A stretch of 64,000 nt of DNA from Candidatus Daviesbacteria bacterium (GTDB lineage: Bacteria; Patescibacteriota; Microgenomatia; Daviesbacterales; UBA10151). This document shows, in pieces, positions 19,536 to 28,057 of the stretch. Made by a program: the position numbers and the translations under genes. Under the pieces are notes generated by a model. That model worked only from the letters and a program-made list of their open reading frames with translations, was not told the DNA's origin and did not search any database. Numbering within the stretch: position 1 is the first letter of the stretch; each line of letters starts with the position of its first letter. The DNA lies in assembly GCA_016176335.1 (NCBI GenBank), contig JACOXI010000003.1, forward strand, positions 258,477 through 322,476. The letters run 5' to 3'.

Positions 19536-20487
19536 TATCTCTTATAAAACAGTAATTTTTATTGCGATCTTCGTTATCACTCTCTGGGCAATTTATTTAA
19601 TACGAGATCTGCTGGTTATTCTATTTGTCTCAATCATTTTTATGTCAGCCTTAAATCCCCTGGTAAGTTTCTTTGTAAAAGCTAAACTACCGAAAGTTTT
19701 GAGTATTGGTATAACCTACCTTATTATAATCGCTGTTGGCGCAGCAGCGTTTGCCGCCATTTTACAACCGCTTATTGAAGAAAGCAGACGGCTGATCTTG
19801 ACTTTGCCGTATCTGTCGGGGCAATTTTTTAACATCGCTAACATAAATGAATCGGTCTTTCAGTCCGAACTAACCAATCTTTCAAAAAACGCATTCACTA
19901 TAACGCTTGCTATATTTGATAATTTATTGGCGATAGTATTTCTTTTGGTGATCACATTCTACATGCTTTTGGAACGCGATAATCTCAAACAGCGGCTGGC
20001 GTCTCTATTTATTGGAAAAGAAGATAGAGTAAAGAGGTTAATCGTCAGAATTGAGGAGAAATTGGGAAGTTGGTTAAGAGGACAACTAGTTTTAACTTTG
20101 ATTATTGGTCTCCTATCTTATATAGGATTAACTATTTTAAATATCCCTTACGCCCTCCCACTAGCTGTTCTGGCAGGAATATTGGAGGTGGTACCTGTAA
20201 TTGGGCCTATTATTTCTGCTATTCCGGCGATACTCATTGCCATCACCGTATCTCCCTTTTTAGGACTGGGTGTTGCGGCAATGTATGTTGTGATTCAACA
20301 ATCGGAAAATCATTTAATTGTTCCTCAAGTTATGAAACGGGCAGTAGGACTGAATCCTTTAATGGTGATTTTGGCAATTGCTATCGGATCGAGACTGCTG
20401 GGTTTCGCAGGAGCATTGCTCGCTGTTCCATTTACGGTTGTATTGCAGATTATAGTTGCGGAAATTATGGAAGATAGAAAAACTTAG
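19519..20487 (+). CDS. AI-2E family transporter (PerM/YhhT, UPF0118)
   Basis: 322 aa, about 8 TM helices, characteristic length and conserved C-terminal GLxGxxLAVP motif. Confidence 0.7.
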   Translation: MPQKIDISYKTVIFIAIFVITLWAIYLIRDLLVILFVSIIFMSALNPLVSFFVKAKLPKVLSIGITYLIIIAVGAAAFAAILQPLIEESRRLILTLPYLSGQFFNIANINESVFQSELTNLSKNAFTITLAIFDNLLAIVFLLVITFYMLLERDNLKQRLASLFIGKEDRVKRLIVRIEEKLGSWLRGQLVLTLIIGLLSYIGLTILNIPYALPLAVLAGILEVVPVIGPIISAIPAILIAITVSPFLGLGVAAMYVVIQQSENHLIVPQVMKRAVGLNPLMVILAIAIGSRLLGFAGALLAVPFTVVLQIIVAEIMEDRKT

Positions 20488-20492
20488 TGCCT

Positions 20493-20877
20493 AGGAAGCT
20501 AGTAAGCCAGATTCTGTTTTCCCGCTTCGACGAATCGAGGCGAGTAGATGATCATTTATCTAGAATGTGATTTTTAATAGTCACATCTTCCCGGTTTTAC
20601 GGGATGCTCCTGACTCCGGTTATTGAACGAGCTACTCAACCGATTCTAGGATTGCAGCAGGGAGGATTATCCCTCTGTACCAGAAGGTACAGAGAACCCG
20701 GTAGCTTGGTCGTTTCATTCGGCGCCACCCGATTCGTCACTGTTACTCTATACTGGGTCTTGCGACCCCCCGCTTGTGCGGGGCACCTTGCTCTATGCTG
20801 TCTGGACTTTCCTGTCGCCCGCAACTGCGTAGCTGTTGGCGACCGATCATCCTTCTTCCTAGGCTTCCATATTTTAC
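20493..20877 (-). ncRNA. rnpB: RNase P RNA, bacterial type A
   Basis: The minus strand reads 5'-GGAAGCCUAGGAAG…GGCGACAGGAAAGUCCAGACAGCAUAGAGCAAGGUGCC…ACAGUGA…CCGAAUGAAACGACC…ACAGAAUCUGGCUUACUAGCUUCC-3'. It contains the universally conserved P4 halves (AGGAAAGUCC…; …ACAGAAnCnGGCUUA), the GNRA/P-loop blocks and P1 pairing between the ends. The 385-nt GC-rich block sits in an AT-rich genome. The ORFs 20604–20903(+) and 20636–20899(-) lying inside it are spurious. Confidence 0.75.
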
Positions 20878-20980
20878 TATATAATGAGTCTAGATTCAAA
20901 TAAGGACCTGCTTCGCACTTACGCTTGTGAATATTTTAGCTCGTGCTCGCAGAACCTGTTAATTTTGTAGAAACAAAATT

Positions 20981-22510
20981 ATGCTCTCAAAAATTTACTC
21001 AGGAGCCAATATTGGGCTGGATGCTGTTACAGTAACTGTAGAAGTTGATGTTTCATCAACAGGATTACCTCATTTTATTATGGTAGGACTGGCTGATAGA
21101 GCTGTGGAAGAAAGTAAAGAACGGGTCAGATCAGCCATAAGAAATAGCAAAGTTGAATTTCCGGATCATAAGATTACTATCAATTTGGCACCGGCAGATT
21201 TACCCAAAGAGGGTCCACATTATGATTTGCCCATTGCGTTAGGGATACTGTTGGCCTCCGGTCAAATTACAAACAGGGCAGGTATAGATTTAAATCAGTC
21301 CTTGGTTGTAGGGGAATTGTCTTTGGATGGGACATTAAGATATACCCGTGGTATTTTACCGATTGCCTTACTTGCCAAATCTTCCGGTTTCCAAAAAATT
21401 ATCGTTCCTTTTGAGAATGCGAAAGAAGCATCTGTGGTTGAGGGGGTTGAGGTTTTAGCTTTTCATTCATTGTCTGAAGTAATGAGAGTTATTTTAGGTC
21501 AGCAAGATTTGACCCCTTTTGTACGAGAAAATCTAAATTTGGGAGAGGATTTAATATTTGAGTATGATTTTTCCCAAATTAAAGGTCAAGAGATGGCAAA
21601 AAGAGCGCTTGAGGTTGCAGCTGCGGGAGGACATAATATTTTACTTAAGGGTCCACCTGGTGCAGGTAAAACTATGTTAGCTCGAGCTTTTCCTTCGATT
21701 TTACCTCCGCTTTCATTTGAGGAAGCAATTGAAGTGACAAAGATTTATTCTATTGCCGGACTTTTGGAATCGGGTAAGTCTTTGGTTACAACAAGACCTT
21801 TTAGATCCCCTCATCATACTGCATCACATGTAGGTTTAATTGGAGGTGGGAACAATATCAGACCGGGAGAGATTTCACTTGCTCACAGAGGAGTGTTATT
21901 TTTGGATGAGCTACCGGAGTTCCCCAGACAAGTATTGGAGGTTTTACGACAGCCAGTGGAGGATCATAAAGTGACTATTTCCCGCTCCTCCGGTTCTCTG
22001 ACCTTTCCTGCTCAATTTATTCTTTTGGCTGCCCAAAACCCCTGTCCTTGCGGGTTTTTGGGAGACTTGAAAAAAAGTTGTACTTGTATGCCGGGTCAGA
22101 TTGCAAAATATCGAAAAAGAATTTCAGGACCTCTTTTGGATCGTATAGATATTTACCTTGAAGTACCTGCGGTTGCAGTTGATAAATTGACAACCGGGGA
22201 AGATGCGGAATCTTCCCATCAGATTAGAGATAGAGTCAACAAGGCGCGACGCACCCAAAAAACAAGATTTGGGGGTAGAATTTTAACAAATTCCGAAATG
22301 ACCAACCAAGATATAAAGCAATTTTGTAGCATCACTTCAGAGGGATTAGAGATCTTGAAGAAGGCGATTTCTTCTTTAAACCTTTCTGCCAGAGGTTATC
22401 ATAGAGTATTAAAGCTCTCAAGGACTATCGCGGATATTTCGAATTCGGATAATATTCAATTGGAGCATATAGCCGAGGCACTGCAGTATAGACTTCGAGA
22501 AGAAATTTGA
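20981..22510 (+). CDS. comM: YifB/ComM family Mg-chelatase-like AAA+ ATPase
   Basis: N-terminal Lon-like domain MLSKIYSGANIGLDAVTVTVEVD…, Walker A GPPGAGKT and the ChlI-type C-terminus. 509 aa. Confidence 0.9.
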   Translation: MLSKIYSGANIGLDAVTVTVEVDVSSTGLPHFIMVGLADRAVEESKERVRSAIRNSKVEFPDHKITINLAPADLPKEGPHYDLPIALGILLASGQITNRAGIDLNQSLVVGELSLDGTLRYTRGILPIALLAKSSGFQKIIVPFENAKEASVVEGVEVLAFHSLSEVMRVILGQQDLTPFVRENLNLGEDLIFEYDFSQIKGQEMAKRALEVAAAGGHNILLKGPPGAGKTMLARAFPSILPPLSFEEAIEVTKIYSIAGLLESGKSLVTTRPFRSPHHTASHVGLIGGGNNIRPGEISLAHRGVLFLDELPEFPRQVLEVLRQPVEDHKVTISRSSGSLTFPAQFILLAAQNPCPCGFLGDLKKSCTCMPGQIAKYRKRISGPLLDRIDIYLEVPAVAVDKLTTGEDAESSHQIRDRVNKARRTQKTRFGGRILTNSEMTNQDIKQFCSITSEGLEILKKAISSLNLSARGYHRVLKLSRTIADISNSDNIQLEHIAEALQYRLREEI

Positions 22511-22524
22511 AATTGACAACAATT

Positions 22525-22562
22525 GAAAAACCACGTTTCAATTTACATGAACGTGGTTTTTC
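22525..22562. terminator. bidirectional intrinsic terminator between comM (+) and the small zinc-ribbon ORF (-)
   Basis: AAAAACCACGTT-tcaatttacatga-AACGTGGTTTTT is a perfect 10-bp stem flanked by A-runs and T-runs. Confidence 0.7.
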
Positions 22563-22594
22563 AAAATGGTGAATTCACCATAAATCGTGTGGGA

Positions 22595-22732
22595 TTAACC
22601 ACCGATTTTAAACATTGAGGTGCTACAAACCGGGCATCTGCCTTTTGAGGCTTTTTTACCATTTTTCATGGTTACCCCTTGGACATCTTCAGCATCTCTT
22701 TTTTGGCGGCATTTGACGCAATACATTTGCAT
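22595..22732 (-). CDS. small zinc-ribbon protein (45 aa; missed by the >=60-aa ORF track)
   Basis: Strong RBS GAAAGGAGGTGAG 8 nt upstream of the ATG. Product MQMYCVKCRQKRDAEDVQGVTMKNGKKASKGRCPVCSTSMFKIGG has CxxC…CxxC. It ends at the convergent terminator. Confidence 0.5.
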   Translation of the reverse strand: MQMYCVKCRQKRDAEDVQGVTMKNGKKASKGRCPVCSTSMFKIGG

Positions 22733-22750
22733 ACTAAAACTCACCTCCTT

Positions 22751-23176
22751 TCAGAATATATTAATATTCAAAACATTATTTTTCATTAGAAAATAAAGGA
22801 TGATTTGTAAACCCAATGCAGTACCTGCAAAGATAGAAATCTTCAGCAGATCTTGACGAAGGTAGGTGGTGTCATCGATAGTGACTTCCACTTTTGTGGT
22901 AGACGGCTCGCCTCGCTGTCGCCCTTGGCGAACCTCGTCAAAGACGGGCGAAGCGGGCAGACTGTAGATGTTAGACTGATCATTCCTGCCATAGAATTGC
23001 TGGCGAAGGATCTTGAGGCGTTTTTCCAAATCTGACTGATGTTTGCTCTGGTGTAGGGCCATGTTAGGTTCAGCTACGCACACTTGAGCCTTAGAGAACA
23101 TACAATTGAGTTCTCGCAGGATCAAATCGATTAGATTTGAGCCTATCACGCACAGTGTACGCTTGTCAAGCACCAA
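22751..23176 (-). CDS. hypothetical C-terminally membrane-anchored protein containing GC-rich element copy 2 (coding status uncertain)
   Basis: 141-codon ORF with a TTG/GTG start and C-terminal hydrophobic helix ISIFAGTALGLQIILYFLM. It carries the in-frame GC-rich repeat at 22902–22962. No recognisable family. Confidence 0.3.
   Translation of the reverse strand: MVLDKRTLCVIGSNLIDLILRELNCMFSKAQVCVAEPNMALHQSKHQSDLEKRLKILRQQFYGRNDQSNIYSLPASPVFDEVRQGRQRGEPSTTKVEVTIDDTTYLRQDLLKISIFAGTALGLQIILYFLMKNNVLNINIF
22902..22962. repeat. GC-rich palindromic mini-element (copy 2, permuted relative to the miaA copy)
   Basis: GACGGCTCGCCTCGCTGTCGCCCTTGGCGAACCTCGTCAAAGACGGGCGAAGCGGGCAGAC. It shares GGCTCGCCTCGC, CGTCAAAGACG and GCGAAGCGGGC with the copy at 18648–18701, in a different order. 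Confidence 0.5.
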
Positions 23177-23240
23177 ATGAACCTAAAACTATCGGATAAA
23201 ATTAGTTAGGTTATTTTTTTCAAATAACAATAGATTGTCA

Positions 23241-23269
23241 TTGACAAATAATCGCAACAAAGTTATATT
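23241..23269 (+). promoter_or_regulatory. sigma-70-type promoter for the 23283 gene
   Basis: TTGACA (23241–23246), a 17-bp spacer, then TATATT (23264–23269), about 14 bp upstream of the ATG region. Confidence 0.45.
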
Positions 23270-23282
23270 AAAAGAGTAACTT

Positions 23283-23747
23283 ATGTATTCGGATTGGGTT
23301 GGTCCCGCCATAGCGGGATTTTTGGCAGTTTGGCTTGGGGTTTTAAGTTTCTTAATTTGGAAACAGGGGAATTTCTTGCAGTCTCTTTTTCCAAAAGATG
23401 GAAAAAGAGATATAAGACGCAAGTTTGAGGAAGTGTTGGAGGCTCTAGAGGAGTTTAAGGAAGAGTCAAAAAAGACCAAAGCAGATTTGGATGAATTGAG
23501 AGAGGAGGGGTTATTGCATATTAGCCGTTTTTGGCTTTTACGATATAACCCGTATGAAGATACAGGCGGGGATCAAAGTTTTACAGTTGCTTTGTTGGAT
23601 ACGAGGGGATCGGGGTTTGTATTGACCAGTTTACACGCAAGATCGCAGACTCGGGTTTTTGCAAAGCCGATTACAGACGGTAAAAGTAGCAAGTATCGTC
23701 TATCAAAAGAAGAAGAAGAGGTTGTAAAGAAAGCAATGAAGAAATGA
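23283..23747 (+). CDS. hypothetical membrane-anchored protein (DUF4446-like)
   Basis: N-terminal TM helix, a coiled/charged linker and a conserved-looking C-terminal block …RYNPYEDTGGDQSFTVALLD.RGSGFVLTSLH.R…SKY.LS.EE. Confidence 0.4.
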   Translation: MYSDWVGPAIAGFLAVWLGVLSFLIWKQGNFLQSLFPKDGKRDIRRKFEEVLEALEEFKEESKKTKADLDELREEGLLHISRFWLLRYNPYEDTGGDQSFTVALLDTRGSGFVLTSLHARSQTRVFAKPITDGKSSKYRLSKEEEEVVKKAMKK

Positions 23748-24928
23748 TGGTAAAAAATCTTTTGCAAACATATCAAAATCTTAATAATATCCAAAGACTG
23801 TTGGTGTTGATAATTTTGGCAACTGTTTTATATGGCAGTTCAACCAGTTTATCTTACTCGTTATTGGGTAAAATAGGTAAAAGTTCTACGTCCCCAGAAG
23901 AATTAACTTCTGCACTCCCAAGCATAACCGGATCAGTGCAAGAAGACCCAAATGAACCAAAAACAGAAACCTGTCCTTTAAATGGACGTTTGCATACCAA
24001 AAAAGCAAAAGATGCTTGGGAGCAAAAAAGACCTTTGGCAGTCATGATTGAAAACCACACGGAAGCAAGGCCGCAATCAGGTTTATCTTCAGCAGATGTA
24101 GTTTATGAGGCTGTGGCAGAAGGAGGGATCACCAGGTTTATGGCTGTATATTATTGTAATCTACCCGATGTTCAAGTTGGTCCTGTCAGATCCGCTAGGA
24201 CCTATTATTTAGATTGGCTTTTAGAATATGATGCCTTGTATGCACATGTGGGAGGAGCGAATACCCCGGGTCCTGCCGATGCTTTAAGTCAGATCATAAA
24301 GTATGATGTTTTAGACTTGAATCAATTCTCCATCGGCTTCCCTGTTTTTTGGAGAGATTATCAAAGATTAGGCCATCCTGTTGCAACAGAACATACTATG
24401 TATTCAACAACCGCAAAACTTTGGGAAGTAGGTGCAAAAAGAGGCTGGAGCGCAGTTGATTCCAAAGGTGTCAGATGGGATAAAAACTTTACACCTTGGA
24501 AGTTTAAAGATGATCAGGGTGGTGGGACTACGACTAATATGACGGTTAATTTCTGGGAAAGCCAGTCAGCATACCAAGTGCAGTGGAGCTATGATAGTGT
24601 CACCAATTCATATAAAAGGAAAAATGGGGAACCTCATACTGACTTAAATAACAATAAACAGCTTGAAGCAAAAGCGATTATTGTGCAATTTGAAAGAGAA
24701 TCTAATGCCAACGATGGGTATCCGGGCAATGTTCATTTGCTATACGGAACTACCGGTACTGGAAAGGCTTTGATTTTCCAAGATGGTAATGTCGTGGAGG
24801 GCAAGTGGATTAAGCAATCCAGAACAGCGAGAAGTAAATATGTTGACTCCAAAGGGAAAGAGGTTGAATTAAATAGGGGTCAAATTTGGATCCAGACTGT
24901 CCCGGAAGGATCGAAAGTAACGTATTAA
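23744..24928 (+). CDS. DUF3048-family secreted/lipoprotein-like protein
   Basis: Signal/TM, then RPLAVMIENHTEARPQSGLSSADVVYEAVAEGGITRFMAVY, resembling the YerB/DUF3048 N-domain. 394 aa. Confidence 0.45.
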   Translation: MMVKNLLQTYQNLNNIQRLLVLIILATVLYGSSTSLSYSLLGKIGKSSTSPEELTSALPSITGSVQEDPNEPKTETCPLNGRLHTKKAKDAWEQKRPLAVMIENHTEARPQSGLSSADVVYEAVAEGGITRFMAVYYCNLPDVQVGPVRSARTYYLDWLLEYDALYAHVGGANTPGPADALSQIIKYDVLDLNQFSIGFPVFWRDYQRLGHPVATEHTMYSTTAKLWEVGAKRGWSAVDSKGVRWDKNFTPWKFKDDQGGGTTTNMTVNFWESQSAYQVQWSYDSVTNSYKRKNGEPHTDLNNNKQLEAKAIIVQFERESNANDGYPGNVHLLYGTTGTGKALIFQDGNVVEGKWIKQSRTARSKYVDSKGKEVELNRGQIWIQTVPEGSKVTY

Positions 24929-24951
24929 CCTTATTGCCTGCCTGAAAGGAG

Positions 24952-25548
24952 GTGGCAATGTTAGAAGAATTATTTGTTTCAAGAGTCCGGGTAAAAATAT
25001 TACAGTTATTTCTATCTGCTCCAACTAATGCTCTTTTTCATGTCCGAGAAATAGTAAGACGTGTGTCAGAAGAAATAAACGCCGTCAGGCGCGAGTTAGC
25101 AAGAATGGAAAAGTTCGGAATGGTTTCTTCTGAATGGAGAGCAAATAGAAGACTTTATGAATTCAGAAGAGATTATCTTTTCTACAAAGAACTACTATCT
25201 TTAGTTGCAAAAACTTCCGGTTTGGGCGGGAATTTAATTAAAAACAAGAACAAACTGGGTAAAATTAAATTTATTTTTGTTTCTACTAAATTTGTAAAAG
25301 GATTACCCGCAGGTAGCGAAGATGTCAATCTTTTGGTTGTAGGCAGTATAGTTTTGCCCGAATTGCAATCAATTATCGCGGATGAACAGGCAAAAAGAGA
25401 AGCAGAAATTAATTACTCTTTTATGGATGAGGCAGAATTTAAATTTAGGGTAAAAAGAAGAGACTCTTTTATTTTAAAGGTTTTGATGCAGCCGAAGATT
25501 ATGCTGATTGGGGATGAGGATGAACTACTAGAGGGAGTAGTTGCATAA
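24952..25548 (+). CDS. winged-helix DNA-binding domain protein
   Basis: N-terminal wHTH-like region (…VREIVRRVSEEINAVRRELARMEKFGMVSS…); the C-terminal domain is unassigned. Confidence 0.35.
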   Translation: MAMLEELFVSRVRVKILQLFLSAPTNALFHVREIVRRVSEEINAVRRELARMEKFGMVSSEWRANRRLYEFRRDYLFYKELLSLVAKTSGLGGNLIKNKNKLGKIKFIFVSTKFVKGLPAGSEDVNLLVVGSIVLPELQSIIADEQAKREAEINYSFMDEAEFKFRVKRRDSFILKVLMQPKIMLIGDEDELLEGVVA

Positions 25549-25556
25549 TATAGAGG

Positions 25557-26852
25557 ATGGCCTCCAGAAAAATTTTATGGTTTATTGTGTTTGTCATCTT
25601 ACTTTCAATTTTCATAGATCTACCGAAATTACCGAATTTTAATATTCTTGGTAAGAGCATGAGGTTTGATTTCCCGCTAAAGTTAGGATTGGATCTTCAG
25701 GGTGGAACCCAACTGGTGTTAGAAGCCCAGATGGACAAAATTGAGCCACAAAATAGAGATAGTGCTCTGGAATCAGCCAAAAATGTTTTGGAAAAAAGAG
25801 TCAATTTATACGGAGTATCTGAAGCGGTAGTGCAATCTTCCAAAATAGGAAATCAAAGAAGAATTCTGATTGAACTGCCGGGATTAAAGGATGCGTCTTC
25901 GGCGGCACAACTGGTTGGTAAAACTGCCCAGCTGGATTTTAGAGAGATGATTGGTACTTCTTCTGAAGCCACTCAATCAGCTGTAGCATTGCTTGATCAT
26001 TTTAGACCAACTGGATTAACCGGAGCAGATTTAAAAAAAGCCCAAGTTACTTTTGGCAGCGATACGAGAGTTCAAGCAGGACCACAGGTGGCAATTGAGT
26101 TTACCTCGGAAGGAGCCCAAAAATTTGCCGAGATCACCAAAAGAAATGTTAATAAACCTCTGGCTATGTTTTTGGATGATATACCAATTAGCTGGCCACC
26201 ACCTGTTGTTCAACAAGAAATTATTGGTGGTTCAGCGGTAATTACCGGGCAATTCACCACTCAAGAAGCTAAAGAATTGGCTATTCAACTTAATGCCGGA
26301 GCATTACCTGTGCCAATCAAGATTTTAGAGCAAAGGTCAATCGGCCCCACATTAGGACAAGAATCTGTGAATAAGAGCTTAGTGGCAGGCATTATAGGGT
26401 TGGTGATAGTGGCCATATACATGGGGGCATATTATGGAGTGTTAGGACTGGTGGCAGATGGTGCTTTGGTTGTCTACACTCTTTTGATTCTGGCAATTTT
26501 TAAAACCGGTCTTTTTATTTTACCTCCTGTTACTCTAACCTTGGCAGGAATTGCCGGATTTGTACTATCAATTGGAATGGCGGTTGATGCAAATATCTTG
26601 ATTTTTGAAAGGATGAAAGAGGAAATCCGCTGGGGTAAAAGTCAAAGGTCGGCTTTGGAATTGGGGTTTACAAGAGCCTGGTCCTCGATTTGGGCCTCCA
26701 ATGTTTCATCTCTTATGACCGCTGCAATTCTTTTCGGAATGGGTACAACTTTAATTAAAGGTTTTGCAATTACTTTGTCAATTGGTGTTTTGGTATCTAT
26801 GTTTACAGCAATTGTAGTGACCAGAACGTTTTTAAGGTTAATCATTCACTGA
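25557..26852 (+). CDS. secD: protein translocase subunit SecD
   Basis: N-terminal TM, periplasmic P1 domain (…LGLDLQGGTQLVLEA…) and a C-terminal 6-TM bundle with SecD/F motifs. Confidence 0.9.
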   Translation: MASRKILWFIVFVILLSIFIDLPKLPNFNILGKSMRFDFPLKLGLDLQGGTQLVLEAQMDKIEPQNRDSALESAKNVLEKRVNLYGVSEAVVQSSKIGNQRRILIELPGLKDASSAAQLVGKTAQLDFREMIGTSSEATQSAVALLDHFRPTGLTGADLKKAQVTFGSDTRVQAGPQVAIEFTSEGAQKFAEITKRNVNKPLAMFLDDIPISWPPPVVQQEIIGGSAVITGQFTTQEAKELAIQLNAGALPVPIKILEQRSIGPTLGQESVNKSLVAGIIGLVIVAIYMGAYYGVLGLVADGALVVYTLLILAIFKTGLFILPPVTLTLAGIAGFVLSIGMAVDANILIFERMKEEIRWGKSQRSALELGFTRAWSSIWASNVSSLMTAAILFGMGTTLIKGFAITLSIGVLVSMFTAIVVTRTFLRLIIH

Positions 26853-26853
26853 T

Positions 26854-27729
26854 ATGAAATTTAAGTCTAAAAAGCCCCATTATGAATATCTTAAGAAAAA
26901 ATTTAAAGCAAGACATAGGAGTCTGCAGGAAAAATTCTGGGATAAACACGGAGAAGCACTCAAGCAAATAGCTTTGGGATCTTTAGGAGGGTTATTACTG
27001 CTTTCTCCTCCAACTAACCTAAGTTTACCTTTTCCAAATCTAACAACAAGTAAAGATGATGCTTTAAAAAGTTTTGACAAGAATGTGTTACTTGCTGCTG
27101 AATTGGAAAAAATAGTTCCGAAAGATATCAGGCCGTTATCAAAAGAGGAAGAGAGGGAAATCACTGGTACTTTGTCAAGAAATTTCGGTCTTGCGGTTTT
27201 GCCGGAACTTGAGGGTGTTAGACTAAACAGAAATTACGGTCTGATTGGAGGAGAGCAACACTTATATAGATACCCGGGTGATAATTTATATGCGCACGCT
27301 GAAAATACAAGTGATTGGGCAAAATATGGTTCCTCGGGTATTGCACCAAGTCTGGGGGCTTGGGGTTATTTTACTCCTTCTAAAGAAGAATTTAGTGAGC
27401 TGGACAAATCAAGAGAAAGATATTATCTTGCTATACAAACCTTTTTAATACCTGGTTTCGCGGAAAATGTTTCAAAGTTTAGGGATTTTTTAAAATTTAG
27501 AAAAATGCTGGTGGTAAATCCAAAGAGCGGACAGGCAGTTGTAGCAATTATCGGTGATGCAGGACCGGCAGAGTGGACAGGGAAACATTTGGGGGGTTCC
27601 CCTGAAGTCATGGATATTTTAGGCTTAGCAGGTGGGATGAGAAAGGGACCGGTATTATACTTTTTTATTAATGACCCCGAGGATAAGATTCCTTTGGGTC
27701 CCATAAAGGTGGTCAACAATGAAGCATAA
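26854..27729 (+). CDS. secreted RlpA-like double-psi beta-barrel (DPBB) domain protein inserted between secD and secF
   Basis: N-terminal TM (ALGSLGGLLLLSPP). C-terminal …KSGQAVVAIIGDAGPAEWTGKHLGGSPEVMDILGL resembles the DPBB core (V.V.DRGP…R.iDLS..A…LG) of RlpA/expansin-like proteins. Confidence 0.4.
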   Translation: MKFKSKKPHYEYLKKKFKARHRSLQEKFWDKHGEALKQIALGSLGGLLLLSPPTNLSLPFPNLTTSKDDALKSFDKNVLLAAELEKIVPKDIRPLSKEEEREITGTLSRNFGLAVLPELEGVRLNRNYGLIGGEQHLYRYPGDNLYAHAENTSDWAKYGSSGIAPSLGAWGYFTPSKEEFSELDKSRERYYLAIQTFLIPGFAENVSKFRDFLKFRKMLVVNPKSGQAVVAIIGDAGPAEWTGKHLGGSPEVMDILGLAGGMRKGPVLYFFINDPEDKIPLGPIKVVNNEA

Positions 27730-28057
27730 CCAAAAGTTTTTTTACAGCCATCTTATAGAGGTGGAGTCAATTATTATAGAGTTGGATAAAATGGATTTAT
27801 CAGTTGATGAGAAACTACATCTTACTCAACTGATTGATTCCAGTTTGCATCATGCTATCTTGGATGCAGTTTTTTCCGAACTTTCCAATCAGGACAAAAG
27901 AGTTTTGGTAAATCACCTTAATGAGGGTGACCATGAAAAGATTTGGAGTTTCTTACAAGGAAAGATAGAAAATGTCGAAGACAAAATAAAAAAAGTGGCA
28001 GATGATTTAAAAAAAGAAATACATAAAGACATGAAGGAGAGTAAGATTAGAAAATGA
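27719..28057 (+). CDS. hypothetical charged helical protein
   Basis: 112 aa, overlaps neighbours by 4–11 nt (operonic). No recognisable motif. Confidence 0.35.
   Translation: MKHNQKFFYSHLIEVESIIIELDKMDLSVDEKLHLTQLIDSSLHHAILDAVFSELSNQDKRVLVNHLNEGDHEKIWSFLQGKIENVEDKIKKVADDLKKEIHKDMKESKIRK

Noticed and set aside
20495-20545. GC-rich 'CCCGCTTCGACGAATCGAGGCGAG' block resembling the GC-repeat families
   Set aside because: It is the 3' domain (P18/P1 region) of rnpB, not a repeat copy.
20604-20903. 99-aa (+) and 87-aa (-) ORFs at 20604–20903 and 20636–20899
   Set aside because: They lie entirely within the RNase P RNA gene. They are GC-rich, Arg/Pro-rich translations of a structured RNA with no RBS.
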